The notes under the pieces are model-generated. The model had not been told where the DNA came from. It saw only the letters and a program-made list of their open reading frames with translations, and did not search any database. A DNA stretch of 64,000 bases from Raillietiella orientalis. Taxonomy: Eukaryota. Each line of letters begins with the position of its first letter. The stretch's first letter is position 1. Positions 1 to 14,349 of the stretch are shown one piece after another. The position numbers and the translations under genes were made by a program. Where the stretch lies: contig JAYWIR010000015.1 of the NCBI GenBank assembly GCA_036172245.1, positions 3,472,001-3,536,000 of the forward strand, read 5' to 3'.

Positions 1-669
1 TGTGCCCCCCGAAGAACTTGTGGTCCCTCCCTCCTGTTTGAACACTTCCCCATTTCTTGGAAGCAGGATGTCATCATGCTGGTGCATGCAACCAGCGGAC
101 GAACCGTGTTTCCGGGGGGAGTTGTCTCCCCGAACTGTAAACGGTGCGGGGACGTGGAAACGCTGCCGCACCTCCTCTTGGACTGCGGTGTCCTCCAAGG
201 ACTGTGGAGGAGGCTGCACTCAGCTCTCCTGCTCCAGGGGGACACCGCAAGGGATTTGATGCTCCCCTTCACTCCAGGCGACCTGTCCTTAGGTGCTGTC
301 ATCGCAACGGTCTGTTGCACCCGCGCCATCGACAAGGCCCACCGAGAGCTGGAGAAGCTGGCGATTCGTCGACAGGCCACCGGAATAGCCGGCGTGAACA
401 TGGCGTCGGCTGCCGAGTGGGCCCATCTTCCAGAGGACGTTAGGAGCTAGATCACCGACATCCATAGCCAGTTCTGAAGGAAAGGAACGGCCCAAACCAA
501 AGACCCCTGGCCCCTCCCCTCCCATATCTTTATTTCTATTTTTTTATATGTGTATTTGTGGTCCCCTCCCTCCCTTTCGGCTCACCGATCTGCGTGTCGG
601 GGATTCCCCCCTTTGTTTTCTCTGTGTCCTTTGTCCGGGAACTCTGTTCCTGGATAGTTTAGCAATAAA
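1..669 (+). mobile_element. 3' end of an L1/Tx1-type non-LTR retrotransposon (ORF2 C-terminal zinc knuckle plus 3' UTR), cut by the window edge
   Basis: Frame 1 is open from base 1 to the TAG at 448-450. It encodes SPNCKRCGDVETLPHLLLDC, a CX2CX7HX4C zf-RVT-type motif. A pyrimidine-rich UTR follows, with AATAAA at 664-669. Confidence 0.75.
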
Positions 670-2119
670 CGCCCCGGCGCACCCGGGTGAGAAACAGAAA
701 AACCGCTCTGAAACCTGGAAACGGACTTGTTTTAACCACAGAGGAATGGCAGCAAAATTCCATCGTGTTGCTTTTCTACGCAACATGATAGAATTCTTCA
801 AACAGAAGAATTTTGTGAATCTTGAGATCTGTTTTTGTATTCAAGTATTTCGTAGACTCCACAGTGCAGTAGTGACCACGTGACCAAGACTACACTCGTG
901 CGCATATCACAAAGATAATCCCTATACACACGCATGAAGAAAGAAAACTGGGAGCAAAAGGTGGAGGATGCACAGAATAAAGTAATTACAAGGTGGGCGA
1001 AATAAAATTGCGCGCAATTACTCAAATATGATCTCGGAAAATTTTATTCATCGGTGGATGCAGAACTCCTGAACTCGTGATTTTACAGGTCTCGCAGCAA
1101 GATTTGTGGGGACTCAGCTGTCCTTTTTGCATGTACATACCTTGCGCCTTCTGGATAAGTAATGGAAGCTCTGCGGTACTGCTCCTGCTGCAGAGGCGGG
1201 CTACCGTGGTCCTCAAAGAGCCCGTCTTCGTAAGGAGGCTGCAAGAGGCGGTCGTGAAAAAAGACTCGGACGAAAGGGCGGGTACTTGGATTGAGCCACT
1301 TCTCTGTGGGTAACACGTTGAGGGCATGTGGGGCGTCGCGTCGCTGTCACCATACGACGCCAAAGAGGAACTGACCCCACTCGCGTACAAAGGGCTCGTC
1401 GGGATGAGTATTCATGATTGTTTCAAACTTCAGCATTCTGGATATCGCATATTCATTGACATGGTGTACAAGAAGGCTAATTAGCGTCCAGGCAAAACAA
1501 ACCTGTATTTCATCCAGGCTCAGTTCAAAGAAAAAAGTTTTAGTTTGAGTTACAAGAAGCTTTTAATGGAAGACAAGAAAAGCCTTTTATTATTGTGAGT
1601 TATTCATATTTACGAGTTCTTTATTAATAAGGAGAAAAAACGCTTAATAATAATGAGGTGACATGTGATAAATTCTTTTTATAAAGAGAAAAAAGAGACG
1701 GATTCATTTGCCATGAGGTACAGTCCCATAGGTGTACATCATCATGCGAGATAGATCATAACAGGACTCGCTGACAACGGACGCTCCAGAGATTTTCGAG
1801 TGGAAATATCTGTATCACAGAAGTACTGAGGATCCCGATTCTCAGATCCAGGAATCCGTGCTCCAGATCACCTGTGCGCCTAATGAAACACTCCAAGGGC
1901 TATTCGAATAGGGATGAATCCGATCGAAAAATAAGTGGATCGGGGAAAAAGATGGCCTCGTTGATTTGTTCCACAGGGAAGAATCCCAAGGATGTTTTTG
2001 TTGCTTAGAGGTAATTCCAGTCAAGGTTTGAGAGCACCTCCAGCCTTCCAGGAGACAGAGCTGAATCTTGATGTGACCGTAGATCTCATAATCAAGACGT
2101 AGAGGAGATGTTCTTTTGG

Positions 2120-2140
2120 AGAAGAAGAAGAAGAAGAAAA
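2120..2140 (+). repeat. (GAA)n microsatellite
   Basis: AGAAGAAGAAGAAGAAGAAAA is directly visible. Confidence 0.85.
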
Positions 2141-3065
2141 CTATTCACTTGCAACACAAGCATGAATTCGCTGTGATAGAAGGAAAGCGAAAATCAGTGA
2201 TTCTTCTAAAGTGACCAGCTCTTGAAGGGCGTGGCGCTCGAACTCTCGCGTGTCTACACGGCACTGCGAAAACAAGCACTCGCCATTTTTGGCGACCTGC
2301 GTTTACGAACCAAAGCGCTCTCCATTTCGTTGGCTGTGTGAATCGGAATTCCTAAGGAACACACGACAAAGGCAGCACAACGAACTGCTGACTTGGCTTC
2401 TTGCTGGGCAGTGACTCACTGCACTTTAAGGTTGCCTGCGAGGACTTAATTGCACAACACCACTGACAAAATTACTCAAGCAAGCTGTGGATTTATTTGG
2501 AAGAGTGGTTTGTTGTCGTTGTTTCCTTGAACTGCTGGATATTCTAGACTGAACAAGCAAGCTGCTTTGGAGTACTTGCTAACTCAGCTAATGCATTAAA
2601 AGAGCAAATGTGTAGGCCATTTTTTTTTTTTTTTTTTTTCATCTCCGCCCCTACGATATTCCTGCGATTTAATGGGAAGAGGACACGTGGATCTTTACGA
2701 GAATTCGGCCCAGTCCCATATCTGTCCTCAATATAAGGAAATTCCCATCACAAAAATCTACTCTTTAAGCAAATTAAAGACCATCATGCGTTGAAATGGA
2801 TTTCAGCAAAAGCAACACTGACGAGGATGTTCATATAGAAAGGTTACGTCTGTTTAGCGAACGCTCTTTAAAGCACCTCTGTTTCTGCAAATTGCTGCTT
2901 TGGTGGAATGCAGAATGCTCAGCAGCTTGCGAAAGAAAGAAAAAAAGCAGCAGACTGCATTCAATTCAATGACCACATTCTCAAAAAAAAAAAAAAACAT
3001 GCAGTGGAAAGCATCAAGCAAGGCTTTCCATTTTCCTTGGCTCGGGGCGATCCCTCCACAGCAAA

Positions 3066-6000
3066 TTGATGGGCACAAGAATTCGACACAGCAGCCCCAA
3101 TAGCACCCATGATGCATCTACTCTGAAAAAGTTCACTTTATTTTGTCTGAAAAATGAAATGCCGCCATTCGAGACTGAGCTGAAAGGAGGAGGAACTTGG
3201 AAACTGAGCTTACCATACTTATTGTCCGGGCAATACGGAGGAAGAACGGAGAGCGACTCTGCTCAGAAACCTCACATACAAACCACGGTAGTGCACGATA
3301 GGCTAATAGTGCGGTTGGACGATGCCCTAAATAGGGAGAGGCCTAAATACGTCGAGACTAACCAACAGTCCTTGCCTTTTGCAAGGAAAATAACACGGGC
3401 CGCTCCGTCGAGCATGAGAAAAGTAAAATACCATCGACGACAGCACCGACTCCGCCGAGACCAAAAGCGACGTAGGCGATGAAAAATCTGCTGGGAGCAA
3501 GTCGTGTTCCCCTCCCAAGCAGAAAAAGATGACCAATCTGCCAATCCGATGGCCTACTCCCTGACGACCTCCAACAGCATTAAAATCGCTTCCTGGAACG
3601 ACAGTGGGATGCCGAACCAGGAGAAAAGAAGACGTATCACGCACATCATCCAGTATGACAATATCTCTACCATGGAAACCCAGGAGACAAGACACCAAGT
3701 CTGCTTGGAATTAGAACAGCGATTGAGCGGCCAGCTGCTCGTGAGCCCAGACGAGAGGAAGATGAAGGGGGTGGAGATTCTCGTGCAGAAACAGCTCGCG
3801 CACACCATCCTGGGAACCATGGCTCGGCTGCATCGTCGAACTTCGCATGTCCTGGTCCAGAAGCGTTCACCTGCTACTGATAGAACTACTGGAAGAACCA
3901 CACCGGGGAAAACAACAGTGTGTGGAAGCGGTGCAGAATCTTCTGCACAGCAAGGCCACACCGAAGGACATCTTTCTCGTCATAGGTGACTTCAGGGTCC
4001 TGGACGCCATCTTCCAGGGTTCCAATGCCCGAAGTAGGACGTTGTATCGGCAGCTGTCCGACCACTTCGGACTGTTGTGGCTAAATGCCGATCGATTCCT
4101 TCCTGAACAGTCAAGAACTCGCCAGCCACATCCAGGGATTGTGCGACACTTAGACTCTGCTGTTGGACCATCCCGTGCTACGGTTCACCTTGGAAACCGC
4201 ACATCCTCGGAAGCAGACAGGCACAAGGACAGCACCGCTCGCCACACCCATCTGGTACGAAACACTGTCCAGCCACCAGCAACTCGTCGAGACGATCCTG
4301 AGGGACACTACCATCAGCCGGGTCGACGACCAAGACAGGCTGAAACATATGATCGATCACCTTGGAGTAGTGTTCTGCAGTTTGCAGTTTGAAAGCAGGA
4401 AGATGAGACAGGAAGTGCACTGAGAGCTCAGTATCGAGGATCGCTCCCTCTTAAGGTACTGGGAACAGTACGAGAGGCAGTACGTCATCGGCAACGTGAA
4501 AGGCGAGATCGGTGTGCAAAAAAATAAAAGCATCGCCACCGACATCTTCGCTATTGGCTGTAGACAGAAGGTTAGGCACACGCCGGAAGAGATCACGGGG
4601 ACGTTCCAAGACCACTACGCCACTTTCCTCCAACGTCAAGATATGTGCCCGATTAAACAGCAAGTCATCCTGAAGCGAAAACCTGTGCACACTCGGATAG
4701 AAGAACTGAACACGCACATCTTCGCAGGAGTCAGAATGGCATTCGTGGAACTGCGCGGAGATGTGGCGGCGGGTGCCGACTGTGCTCCCATCTCGCACCA
4801 CCAGAGGTACTTGCACGCCTACATGCGTCTGTTGGAGAATTGAGCATCAGAACTAGAGTAGAAGGAAAGCTCCCGGAGTCGTTCCACGGAAGTAGGAGGC
4901 GGCTGCTGCCGAAAAGTGGCGATTTCAAGAAAGTCATACGGTGGCTGCCCATATCCATCTTGAACACGGATGCCAAATGGTTGGCAAACATCTGGACCAG
5001 CCGTCCGAAGAAGGTCCTGCCGTCCTTGATTTTCTGCGACGCAGGCATGCGCCGTGCCCGGTGGCGCATGCCTGACAGCGTGAAGTGCTCCCAGGCCACC
5101 ATCGGCTATAGCCGGTGCGTCGACCCGAACCTGATGCTGGCCTTCACGAACATGGAGAAGGCATTCTATACTCTGGACCTCAGTTCTTCCTGGAGTACGT
5201 GCAGATGACCCTCAGAAACGCGCACTTCCGAATAAACGGACACGAGACGGAGGCGATCCAGACAAAAAGGGTAGTCTTCTCGACGGAAGACTCCCTAAGT
5301 CCAATGCTGTTCGTGAACTGTATGAAAGATGTGCTGTCGATGGCGACCGAAAATTCCGCCTCCAAGGAATCACAATGGGAGACGGAAATCTGACCCACCT
5401 AGCATAGTCTAGCACCTAGTCCTTCTCTTCCTAGAAGATGAGAAGGATCAGCACGCATTTCTGGAAGTAGTCGAATCAGTACAAAAAGGACTGAGCCTGA
5501 AGATCAACGCCCAGAAGTCCCAACTGTCACCCATCAGAATCCTGAATCTTTCCACATTAACTGAAATGGGATTCCGCGTATTAGAAGTAATAAAGTACCT
5601 GGGGATCCGCATCGGGGAAGGCTCGACCTCGCAAACGTCGCGGACAGAAATCCTGAGGAAATCCAAAGAAGCAACGAAGCGTGAACTTCAGCATGGAGCA
5701 GAGGGTCAACTTGTGGAACGGAGTCCTCCTTCCCAAGGTGGTCTTTGGAGCAGCCTTCTGTCGACTGGATAAAGAAAGGAGGATGGAAGTAGAGCAGCTT
5801 GAACAGCAGATTCTCTGGAGAGAGCGTAAGTCACGGGTTCGGCTGAAAGTCTCATGCTGCACGCGAGAGGAAGGCGGAACCGGGATGAAGTCGCTGGATC
5901 AAGCCATGGAACACATGGATGCGCAACTCCTGGATCTCACCTTGAATTGGGAGGAATGGTCTTATGCGGCACAGAGAGCTTACGCAAAGTTCTTCAACAA

Positions 6001-7000
6001 CTCGAGTGACCTGATGTCAGCATTTATAGGCAAATATGGAAAATGGATTGGCATTGACCCCACGTGGGAGAGGAAGCAAGGAATAGTGACCACTCGCCAA
6101 TTCAAAATCGTTCCAGGAAGCAGGGAACTTTGTCAGGAAGAACTGGTAATGGTTATCCTGGACTGTATTTTATACTGGCTCCCCGGGAGACCTGGAAGTG
6201 GATATTCCAAAGTCCAGGAGTCGCCATCCGCGACGGCGATTAATTTGCTACAAGTGGTCACTACTACAGAATGCAACTGAATCGCTATACAATAAGGATG
6301 ATGGAAAAATTCACCCACAAGAATCGGGAACTTTGTAAGAAGCTGAGAACAAAATGCATGATGAATCATCAGGAGAAGCAACATCGAAGAAGTCACGACT
6401 ACCCAAAGAAAGATATCACCCTCAAAAGAGCTGCGAACCTCTGCGGACAACCTCTGCTAGCGGATGGACAAACAATCTGGAGAAGCGACCTAACACCGAA
6501 CACTCAAGATGGTGGTAGGTCGCTTCGGGATGTTGCTCCTCATGTTCCACCACACAGGTATCCTGAGTGGATCCAGAGAATACATTGAAGAAGCAACTCC
6601 CAGACGGAAATCTGCAAGTCGTGTGGAGACAGGGAGACCCAACTCCACGTGCTCGCCTGCCCGACATCACGCCACGACTGGAAAACCATGAAGGCGGTGA
6701 CGAACCTGCAGACGCCGGCAAATATGAAGATCAGGGATGTCAGGGATGTTCTAAGGGAACGGGAACGTTTCTCGATACAATCCTATGGTTCGCACTACCA
6801 TCACCCTCTTCATCACGAGCATCACGTGATCAGAAGAGCCAAAATGCGGACCTCCGGCAGAATAGTGCCTGCGATTGAAATCCTAAAAGGAGTAATCCAA
6901 AGAGAAATCTGGATCAGGAACTCTGGCAGGGTACCAAGCTGGACGCACAGCCGAATCTTGAAGAAGATTTGAGTATGTTATCCAAATGAAGAGAATGCCT
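3066..7000 (+). mobile_element. Degenerate, near full-length L1/Tx1-type LINE (possible ORF1 remnant, APE endonuclease, RT, CCHC knuckle); many frameshifts and stops
   Basis: APE motifs: IKIASWND.G...KRR and TQETRH (~3580-3700), VIGDF (~3980), DHPVL (~4170). RT motifs: LLPKSGD..WLPISILNTDAKWLANI (4900-4990), MEKAF (~5155), DSLSPMLF (~5290), a destroyed YADD (THLA* at ~5392-5407), LKINAQKSQL, KYLGI and EEGGTG. Knuckle CKSCGDRETQLHVLAC at 6613-6660. Element ends are approximate. Confidence 0.9.
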
Positions 7001-8789
7001 GCCCGCTCCCTAGTGACCCCATTTGGGGAGACAGGATCTCAATGGTGGAAGCAGCTGTGTAAAAAGTGCCCTTTTCAGTGTTGTGATTGCAAAAGGTTGA
7101 AAATGAATCCACCCCACCGCTTGTCGGTCCGGGGTCCCCACTGGAGACTGAGCCGAAAAGTGAACATTCGGTGGTTATGCACAGAGTGCTCTGAAGATTG
7201 CTGATGATGCACAGATTACTCTGAAGCTCGAGTTTAAGTTTTTGGGATGCCGTGTCTTGGTAACGCGTTTTACAGGTTTGCTATTTGCAAGCAATGAACA
7301 GCCATGCAGAAAAGCAAGACTTTGTGTCTGCAGTACAGTTTGCACACAAAATAGTTTGGCTGTTAAATATTGGATTCACTCGATTTACATTTTCTTCTGC
7401 TTGAAGATATTTCAGTTTCTGTGGCATACAGCTTGACCGACGGTGCTTCTTTTAGAAACTAAATACGGAATCATGGAGAAACCAACAGTCACTCGAAAAT
7501 GCAATGGCCGTGATCTCATTGCAGATGATATTGTCAATATACAGACCTAGAATGAAGTCCAGATTTTTTTTTTTCTTTTTTGGCATTACGTTATAAGAGT
7601 CGCTAGCGCAATAGAGTCGTCTGCACAGATGTATTGCTACGTTACTTCCGCATGGAAAGACATCGAAAAGATGAGATATAAAAAGAATTTTATACTCGAC
7701 TTTACAGATAATTGCACTCAATACTGCTGAAGAAAACAGAACGAAGTTATTAGATTCCGATTCAAAGACTAGAGGCAGTAGAAAATAGTGTGCTTGACTA
7801 ACTCCTTAACTCTGTATGTCTTGAATCTTCTTCAAGGTTTCGAGGGAAAATAACGGGAAGTTGATAAACTTTCCATCATCCGACTTCGGAAAGATTAGAC
7901 CTGCACAGAAAGTTCTCATCCATTGATTTTAATGTGAGCACAATACGAAAAAAAAAAATATTCTTGACCTCAGTGTCGCTAATCTTCAGGGATTATAAAG
8001 CTGAAGTCACTCTAAAAGAACGGAATCCCTCAGCGGTCTCAAAACCCGGAACTGTGAAGGGATCAAGAAAACAGAGCCTGAAATATGATAGCAGAATACA
8101 ATAAGCACTGCTGATTGTAACTCGAGATGCCATTCTGGGAGCGATTCCCATCACAGCTGAACATGCCGATTAAACGAAAGGTATGTCTTTTCAAGCTTTA
8201 AGAAAGGCTATCACGGTTTTTTCCGTATCTTTGTCTCTGAAACACACACAGATGGGGGTGCCCAGTTGCCCTAGACTGATGCCAAACTTTTTGTTCTCAC
8301 CAACGGATCCTCTTGCACGCTTTTCAGCAGGCAGTTGTGCTTGTAGTTATGGTGCAGCTTCAGATACGAAGAAAATAAAGAAAATACGCTGTTATTCCAA
8401 GCAAGATTCAATGAGCGGCTTTCGAACAGTAGTAGGGTATTCGGTTATAAACTTCAAAATAGAAATTTCGCTAAATTTTTTTTCCACTGTGTGCGCTTCC
8501 TATTTAAGGAAATACGACAGATGAGTTTCTGAAGCTTTTTTTGGAGATCTCGAGAGCAATACTGTAAGAAGTCTTCAAGATCTCTGCAAAAACATCCGTG
8601 CATCTGTTGCTTTTCTTGGGGTTCGTTTCAGAAGCTCCTGGGCAACATGCACTTGTCCAAATTATTCTGACAGACGTCCTGTACGATCGAATCGGTCAAA
8701 ATTGTATTAATCAAATTAATCATGTGCTCTGAGCTCGTTCCTTGCATTTCACTTCTAATGCTGCCATCTACAATTCGTTCGGAAAAACA

Positions 8790-9500
8790 GACTTCAAAGC
8801 ACTCCCCGACATCTGCCAGAGAACAAACAAATCACATGGGCAATGATTTCGGTAAGTTGGAACCTGAAGTCCACGAGCACTATAAATGGGGGTATAGAAT
8901 AACGAAACATTTATGTAACCAATTAACACGGATTGTAATCGAGAAACTTCTTTCCAACAAGGTTTGTCGCTTACTAATTTGAGTTCATAATCTGTAGCAG
9001 CGCGGATTGGTTCCTCCATGTCTTTGGAAATAAGTCCAAGCACATTTTTTAAATGCACTCAACCTCCCTACTATGGTTATTCCGAGTGTAAATTTTTCAC
9101 AAGTATGCATTTTTCTATATACATTAAGCTTGCCTTCCATCCACATCAGATTATTCATTCCACCATCCCCATTCCAAACAACATTCATTCTTAGAACAGC
9201 ACTGCTGGACAACGTCAGCATCATAAAGATGATGATTATCGACGTCATAGTGCGATTTTTATGTTTGCTAATTACAGATAGAATTCCGAAAATCTTTGAA
9301 GATGAAATAATCGCTCCAAACCAACGGTTTCTTTTCATTGTCGTGTTTTATCTTACCATCCGTGTTTTGATCATCGGCATACTCTGCTTCTCGTGCACCA
9401 TTCAGAAGTGCATTGGCGCCAAAGTACTCTGGAATTTCATGCAATGGCTTTCTCGTAGATTTGCATTGATTTGTGTCACTCGAAATCAGCTTCATCCAAC
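8790..9500 (-). mobile_element. Tc1/mariner-superfamily DNA transposase relic (pseudogene)
   Basis: Ordered degenerate motifs across frames: RKPL (cf. RKKPLL), LVWSD (9310-9324; cf. VLWSDE), GGMNNLMWMEGKLN (~9123-9165; cf. GVG.L..IEGKMN), YFQRH (cf. FQQD) and PCDLFVLW (8816-8840; cf. SPDLNPCDFFLW). No TIRs identified. Confidence 0.55.
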
Positions 9501-10038
9501 CCGAAGATGCTCGAGTGAGTCACTGCATATCGACTTCGGATTCAAACAAGATGGAAATGAACGCAGATGGGAGCCGCGAGATATTCCTCCTTGATCTTTA
9601 CCGAATCTGAGTTGATCATTTTGCGGTAAAACTTCAACTTTTGAATCAAGGCGCATCAAACTCTCATCCCATGTAGTCCACGCTCAGCTTCCTCCATCAT
9701 TCACGCGAACATCCCTGGCAACTGCCGCATGGGAAACCAGCAACACAGCTTTTTTCTTCATCTCGACGAGAATTTTCGACCTCCAGCCTTTCGAATTTTC
9801 GACCTTTCGAAGAGTCGAAAAAGAGCTTCCCCGATCTCAAGTTCCCTTGCACAGGGACATTGCAAGTGTTAAAGGAAAGGTGCTCAACATGATAGCTCCC
9901 ACAGGGTCCGCATCAGTCATTAGGGATTTGAACCAGAAAAGTGTGAACGATCGTGCGCGTTTAGTAGAAAATGAATCTGCGGAGCAGCAGTGGACAATTA
10001 GCGACCCGCGGGACAAGTGTGACCAGCACAGTCGCTTT

Positions 10039-10061
10039 TGTGTGTGTGTGTGTGTGTGTGT
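10039..10061 (+). repeat. (TG)11 microsatellite
   Basis: Directly visible. Confidence 0.95.
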
Positions 10062-13000
10062 AGACCATGAGTTTCTTTTTTAGATGGGAGCTAGCCTCCT
10101 ATTTAGGAATTAGTTTAGGGATGATCTACAAGTTCAAAGGGATATACAGGACATTTCAAATCTGTGGGGGGAAACCTCTTGAAACGTCAAATACTGGTCA
10201 GTGGGTGAGCGGAAATTCATCTAATGAGCACTGGCAGTTTCAGCCTGCTCGTCTATCCTAGAATTGCCCTTCACAGAAGTGAATGGTAATCCTCTATGCT
10301 CGACTGGCCATGGATCTGTTGCAGCATTGGAGAAATGCCACGTGGAGGAGCATCTCATCAAAAGCAGAAGGCTCTCGAAATCTAGAGTGCAACAGCAGCT
10401 AATGGCAAAACCTCAAACCGAAAATCCCAGTACCGTGTGTGAAGCCGCGTGGTTGGGCAGATGACTGGTAAGCATCGGAGGACACATTTGGAAGGAGGTG
10501 GACGCCTTGCGACGGCTCCCATGGTCTCAAGTTCGGGTAAGGTCAATCCGTTCAGAAAAGTCGGTTCGCTTTCGGAAAAGCGTATCTGCAACTGATGAGA
10601 GGACGGAGAATTTGATCGATTGCGTATCAGAAAAGGGCAAAGTTCTCCTTTTCTTCTCCTTACTACCTGATGAGGCAATCAATGACGACGAATCCTTCTC
10701 AACTTCTGCCAACTTCGACGAGAGGGGTGCAAAACAAAAGGACGTTTTCTGATGATTTACTTTTATTAAAATCAAGTACCAACACGGGGAAAGAGTTACC
10801 ACCAAAACTGAACTTGCCATTGAAGCAGCCAGCGGTGGTGGCTACAGGGGCCCCGTGGGAAACAGTGCATTTCGTAGCTTCGCTACAAGAAAAAGAAGAG
10901 TTTAATTCGAGATTTCATCATCGCTGTCAGGATTATTGTACACCAAGAACAGCTCTGTGTTCAGTGCTTGAGAGCTTCCGTTCAGTGGTGTCTGTTACGA
11001 CTCTCCTTGTGCAAGTTTCATGGGGGTCAAATTCCTTCAGGTCTCAACTGTGGTTTGCTCAGGATGATTCCAGGAGATTCCCATCTGAATAAGTGGCATC
11101 GCGCGAGTGTCTCTCCCATTATGTCCAACTTTCTCAACAAAAATGATTTGGTAAAGCGTTTCCGGGGTCTCATCTAAGGGATGAAGTTGTTTGTGAATGG
11201 AATGGGAAATCCATGTCCTGGAATAGAGGAACGACTGGCACTTATCTAGAGCATCTATTCCTCGTAGGTATCGTTGCTCCTTTGTAATCACGGGGACGGA
11301 CAAACTTCAGAACGTCAGGATGTCAATCCACTCGCTCGATTTCAGTATCACCGCCTTCCAGGCAGAACTCGGAATTGCGGGAAAAAAGCAGGCAAACAGC
11401 GCGTCTCTCTGCGCTACAGTCTATAGACCCGGGATCTCGAGTGGTGAAATGTGGGAAGGAATGTCAGAAGCTCGGAGGGTTCGGGAACAAAGCAGCCATT
11501 TTTGAGGAAACGAAGGAGAGTCGCAGCTACTCGCTACTTCGCTCCCAGCGAAAATTCCCTCACACTTTCAGCGTGCTTTTAATAGGGTTACAAACTGACG
11601 ATTCACTCTTAACTAAAGTCAGCTCACTCCTAGCAACTGAATTTTACAGGAATTGCGTCCCAGGGGAAGCCCATCCTCCCGTATAATGGCATTCCTTGAA
11701 GCTCTGTTTGGAACGACACATTTCTGCAAGTCTGTTATCAAAGTGATGGCTGCAAAATGTGAAAATAGGAGTACTTCCTGAGGAATCCTCTCCGAGGAAT
11801 TTCGCAAAGATACATTTCTATCCAGCTATGACTGTGGGCAGTCAGTGGGTGAAAATTAATATTTCATGTCACCTTGGGCGAACGATCTTTTTGCTTATAG
11901 GTTATAAGGAAAGAAGAGTGACTCTAGAAGCATACATGATAAGTTTAAATCAATGATTTGTTGTTTCAATAAATACTTTCACATGTGTGAAAGATGAACC
12001 TTGCATATTCGAAAACACGTCGGATCTACTCGAGAAAAACGAATTTCCAATAGCCAATTTCCATGAAGCGGATAATTTGATCCAATTGGGAATCAGCTGA
12101 TTACTAAGGTCTTACTTCAAGTTACCATCATCTTCCTTTCCCTCCGTAATTGCCTGGTTCAGTGCGTCATGATTTCTGTTTAAGAAAAGAACTTTTTATC
12201 TTTCTACCCTCTCTTTCATTTCCCCTCGAGCTCATTTCCAGTACTGACAACTCGGGCAGGAGAGCTGATCTAACAGTTGCACTAAGGGAGGTAAGAAAAA
12301 AAGAAAGAAAGAAAATTAGCGAGCAAACTATCTGCAGGGAATTTCGAATCCGGGAAGCTGGAGTTTTCTGGATCCGAAGCAGCTCAGCACGTTTGCTGAC
12401 CGGACTGCGTTCTGCCTCGCATTCTGTAAAGGTCATTTCCGGAATACGAGGCTGCTCGCAGCTGCTCCAGAGTCCTTCCCGCTATGCTGAAAGTGAAAAT
12501 CTGAGACTGCTTTCTTTCTACACATTCCTGAAATAACTGATTTCAGCGTTTCCCACACTGCAATTTCCGGATTACACGATGAAACGCCGGTTCGCAAATG
12601 TATGGGAAACTGACTATTCAGTGCATCTGCCTGCCCGTCTGCGAAAATCTACAGGCATCATCAGTATCGAGCGAATTCATCCCGGAGCGAAATCATGTAG
12701 GATTCCTTCAAATTTCCTCTTCTTGTTCGAATCTACTTGCCTGCCCTTCAAATTGCAGGGGCATTTTCTGAGCTTTCGAGCTTTCTTATCCGCCCTGCGA
12801 AAGGGCGGATCAGAATCCCATTGAGACCTGTGAACTCCGCGCAATTGGAGGATGCTTCAGTACCACGAATTCGTGTTCGATGCCTGGACACGGATCTCAC
12901 GAGGATGAATCAGCAGCGCTGAAACGAGGGAGTGGCAGTCCGCTTCCCGAGCCAAGAAGGCTAACCAAAGATGATTCAACCCTAAACGCTCTCAACCGCC

Positions 13001-14349
13001 CGGGTGGAAAAGCTTCCATTTCCCTGCTTCTGCAGCAGTGGCTGCTGCCACAAAGGTTGCTGAGAGCAATCTCGAAATTTGCCGAAATGAATTCCGAAAC
13101 TTTGACTGCTTAGTGCATGCGAATTTTTTGATTGCCATAGTCATCACCTAGGCAACCCCGCTGTGGCATGCTCACTTGAAAGAGACATTGGCAGTTTATT
13201 CATGAGAAGCAGCGATTTGCCCCTTTACTTGGGATCTGTCGCAAGGCAGCAGCCACGCAGATGTTTGGCTAAAGGGAAGAAATCTTGTCCTAAAGTTTGA
13301 TGATCAGCAGCCACGCTGTTCGCTTCAAATTCTTTGGTTCTGACTTTCGTGTTACTTAGCGTTTATTGGTCTGTGTCCTAAATCTCATAGAGCCTCACAA
13401 AAGGCGAACTACTACTCCAAATCCCGTAATCCAGCCTTCTCGATATCAAGCACTCGAAGTTTTTAGTCTTTGAGTATCCAGAGAATGTTGTTTTCATACA
13501 CATTTGTGTAAGCAGATGGACTTTCGGAGGCATCACTGGTGCTCTCAAGCATTAGCAGCTGAAACATGCTGGAATGAAAACATGGAGGGGATAAAACAGG
13601 GTGCATCAAAGTTGCTCACAAGTGCTGACCTCGTGTGCTAATGTGGTGGTCTGGCGAGATGGCCTCGTCTTCAGGTTCCTGATAATGGAAAGCATTCATC
13701 TTTTCGAGAGATTCCACTCTTTGCCTACCGCTATATCAATTTGCAAATGCTTTTTTCTGAGCACAAGGAAAGCGCACCTAAGTTTCCTTCTCCAATTCTT
13801 CTTGGTGTTTGGATCCAGCTCCACTGGCTTAATCTTCCTCTGAAACAAAACCATCGTACTCCAGGCTCTCTGTTTTCATTTTTGGTGAATGATGATGCTC
13901 GAGTCTTCTAAATCGCTCTTGGCCTTCTACATTGGAGCCACCATTCCGTCTACTATTCCGATCTGTAGTCACCAAGCGCATCTTTCAGCACAGATTTAGG
14001 GGGTTTCTTTGTGTTCCACAAGGGTTTTCGCAGGATATTTCCATTTCTGGGAGCGAAGCAAGCGAAACCCAAGGGATGGAAGAGAGAAGCCGTGAAAGTG
14101 TTCGACACTGTGTCCTGGCCTGTTTCTTTGCAATAAGTTGTTGTACCCCAAAACTTTTCCATTGGCAGATGTACTTAGGATAAAATCAATGGGGAGATTT
14201 CGATTCCTTTATCCAATCGATGTTCTGCAACAAAAACTGAAAATTCCTCGGATTAGACACCTTGGTTACTTGCAGACTTCGTGTTCTTCTTCGGAGCCTA
14301 TCTCTGGGCAAAAGAAGATCCTTTGTTCTGTCTTATCTCCAACCAAGAT

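Noticed and set aside
1170..1410. GC-rich patch possibly from a LINE RT thumb region (RVFFHDRLLQPPYEDGL, minus strand)
   Set aside because: Only one vague motif; insufficient to call.
2619..2640. Numerous poly(A)/poly(T) runs across the window (this one is an example)
   Set aside because: A genome-wide background feature; none could be tied to a specific retrocopy.
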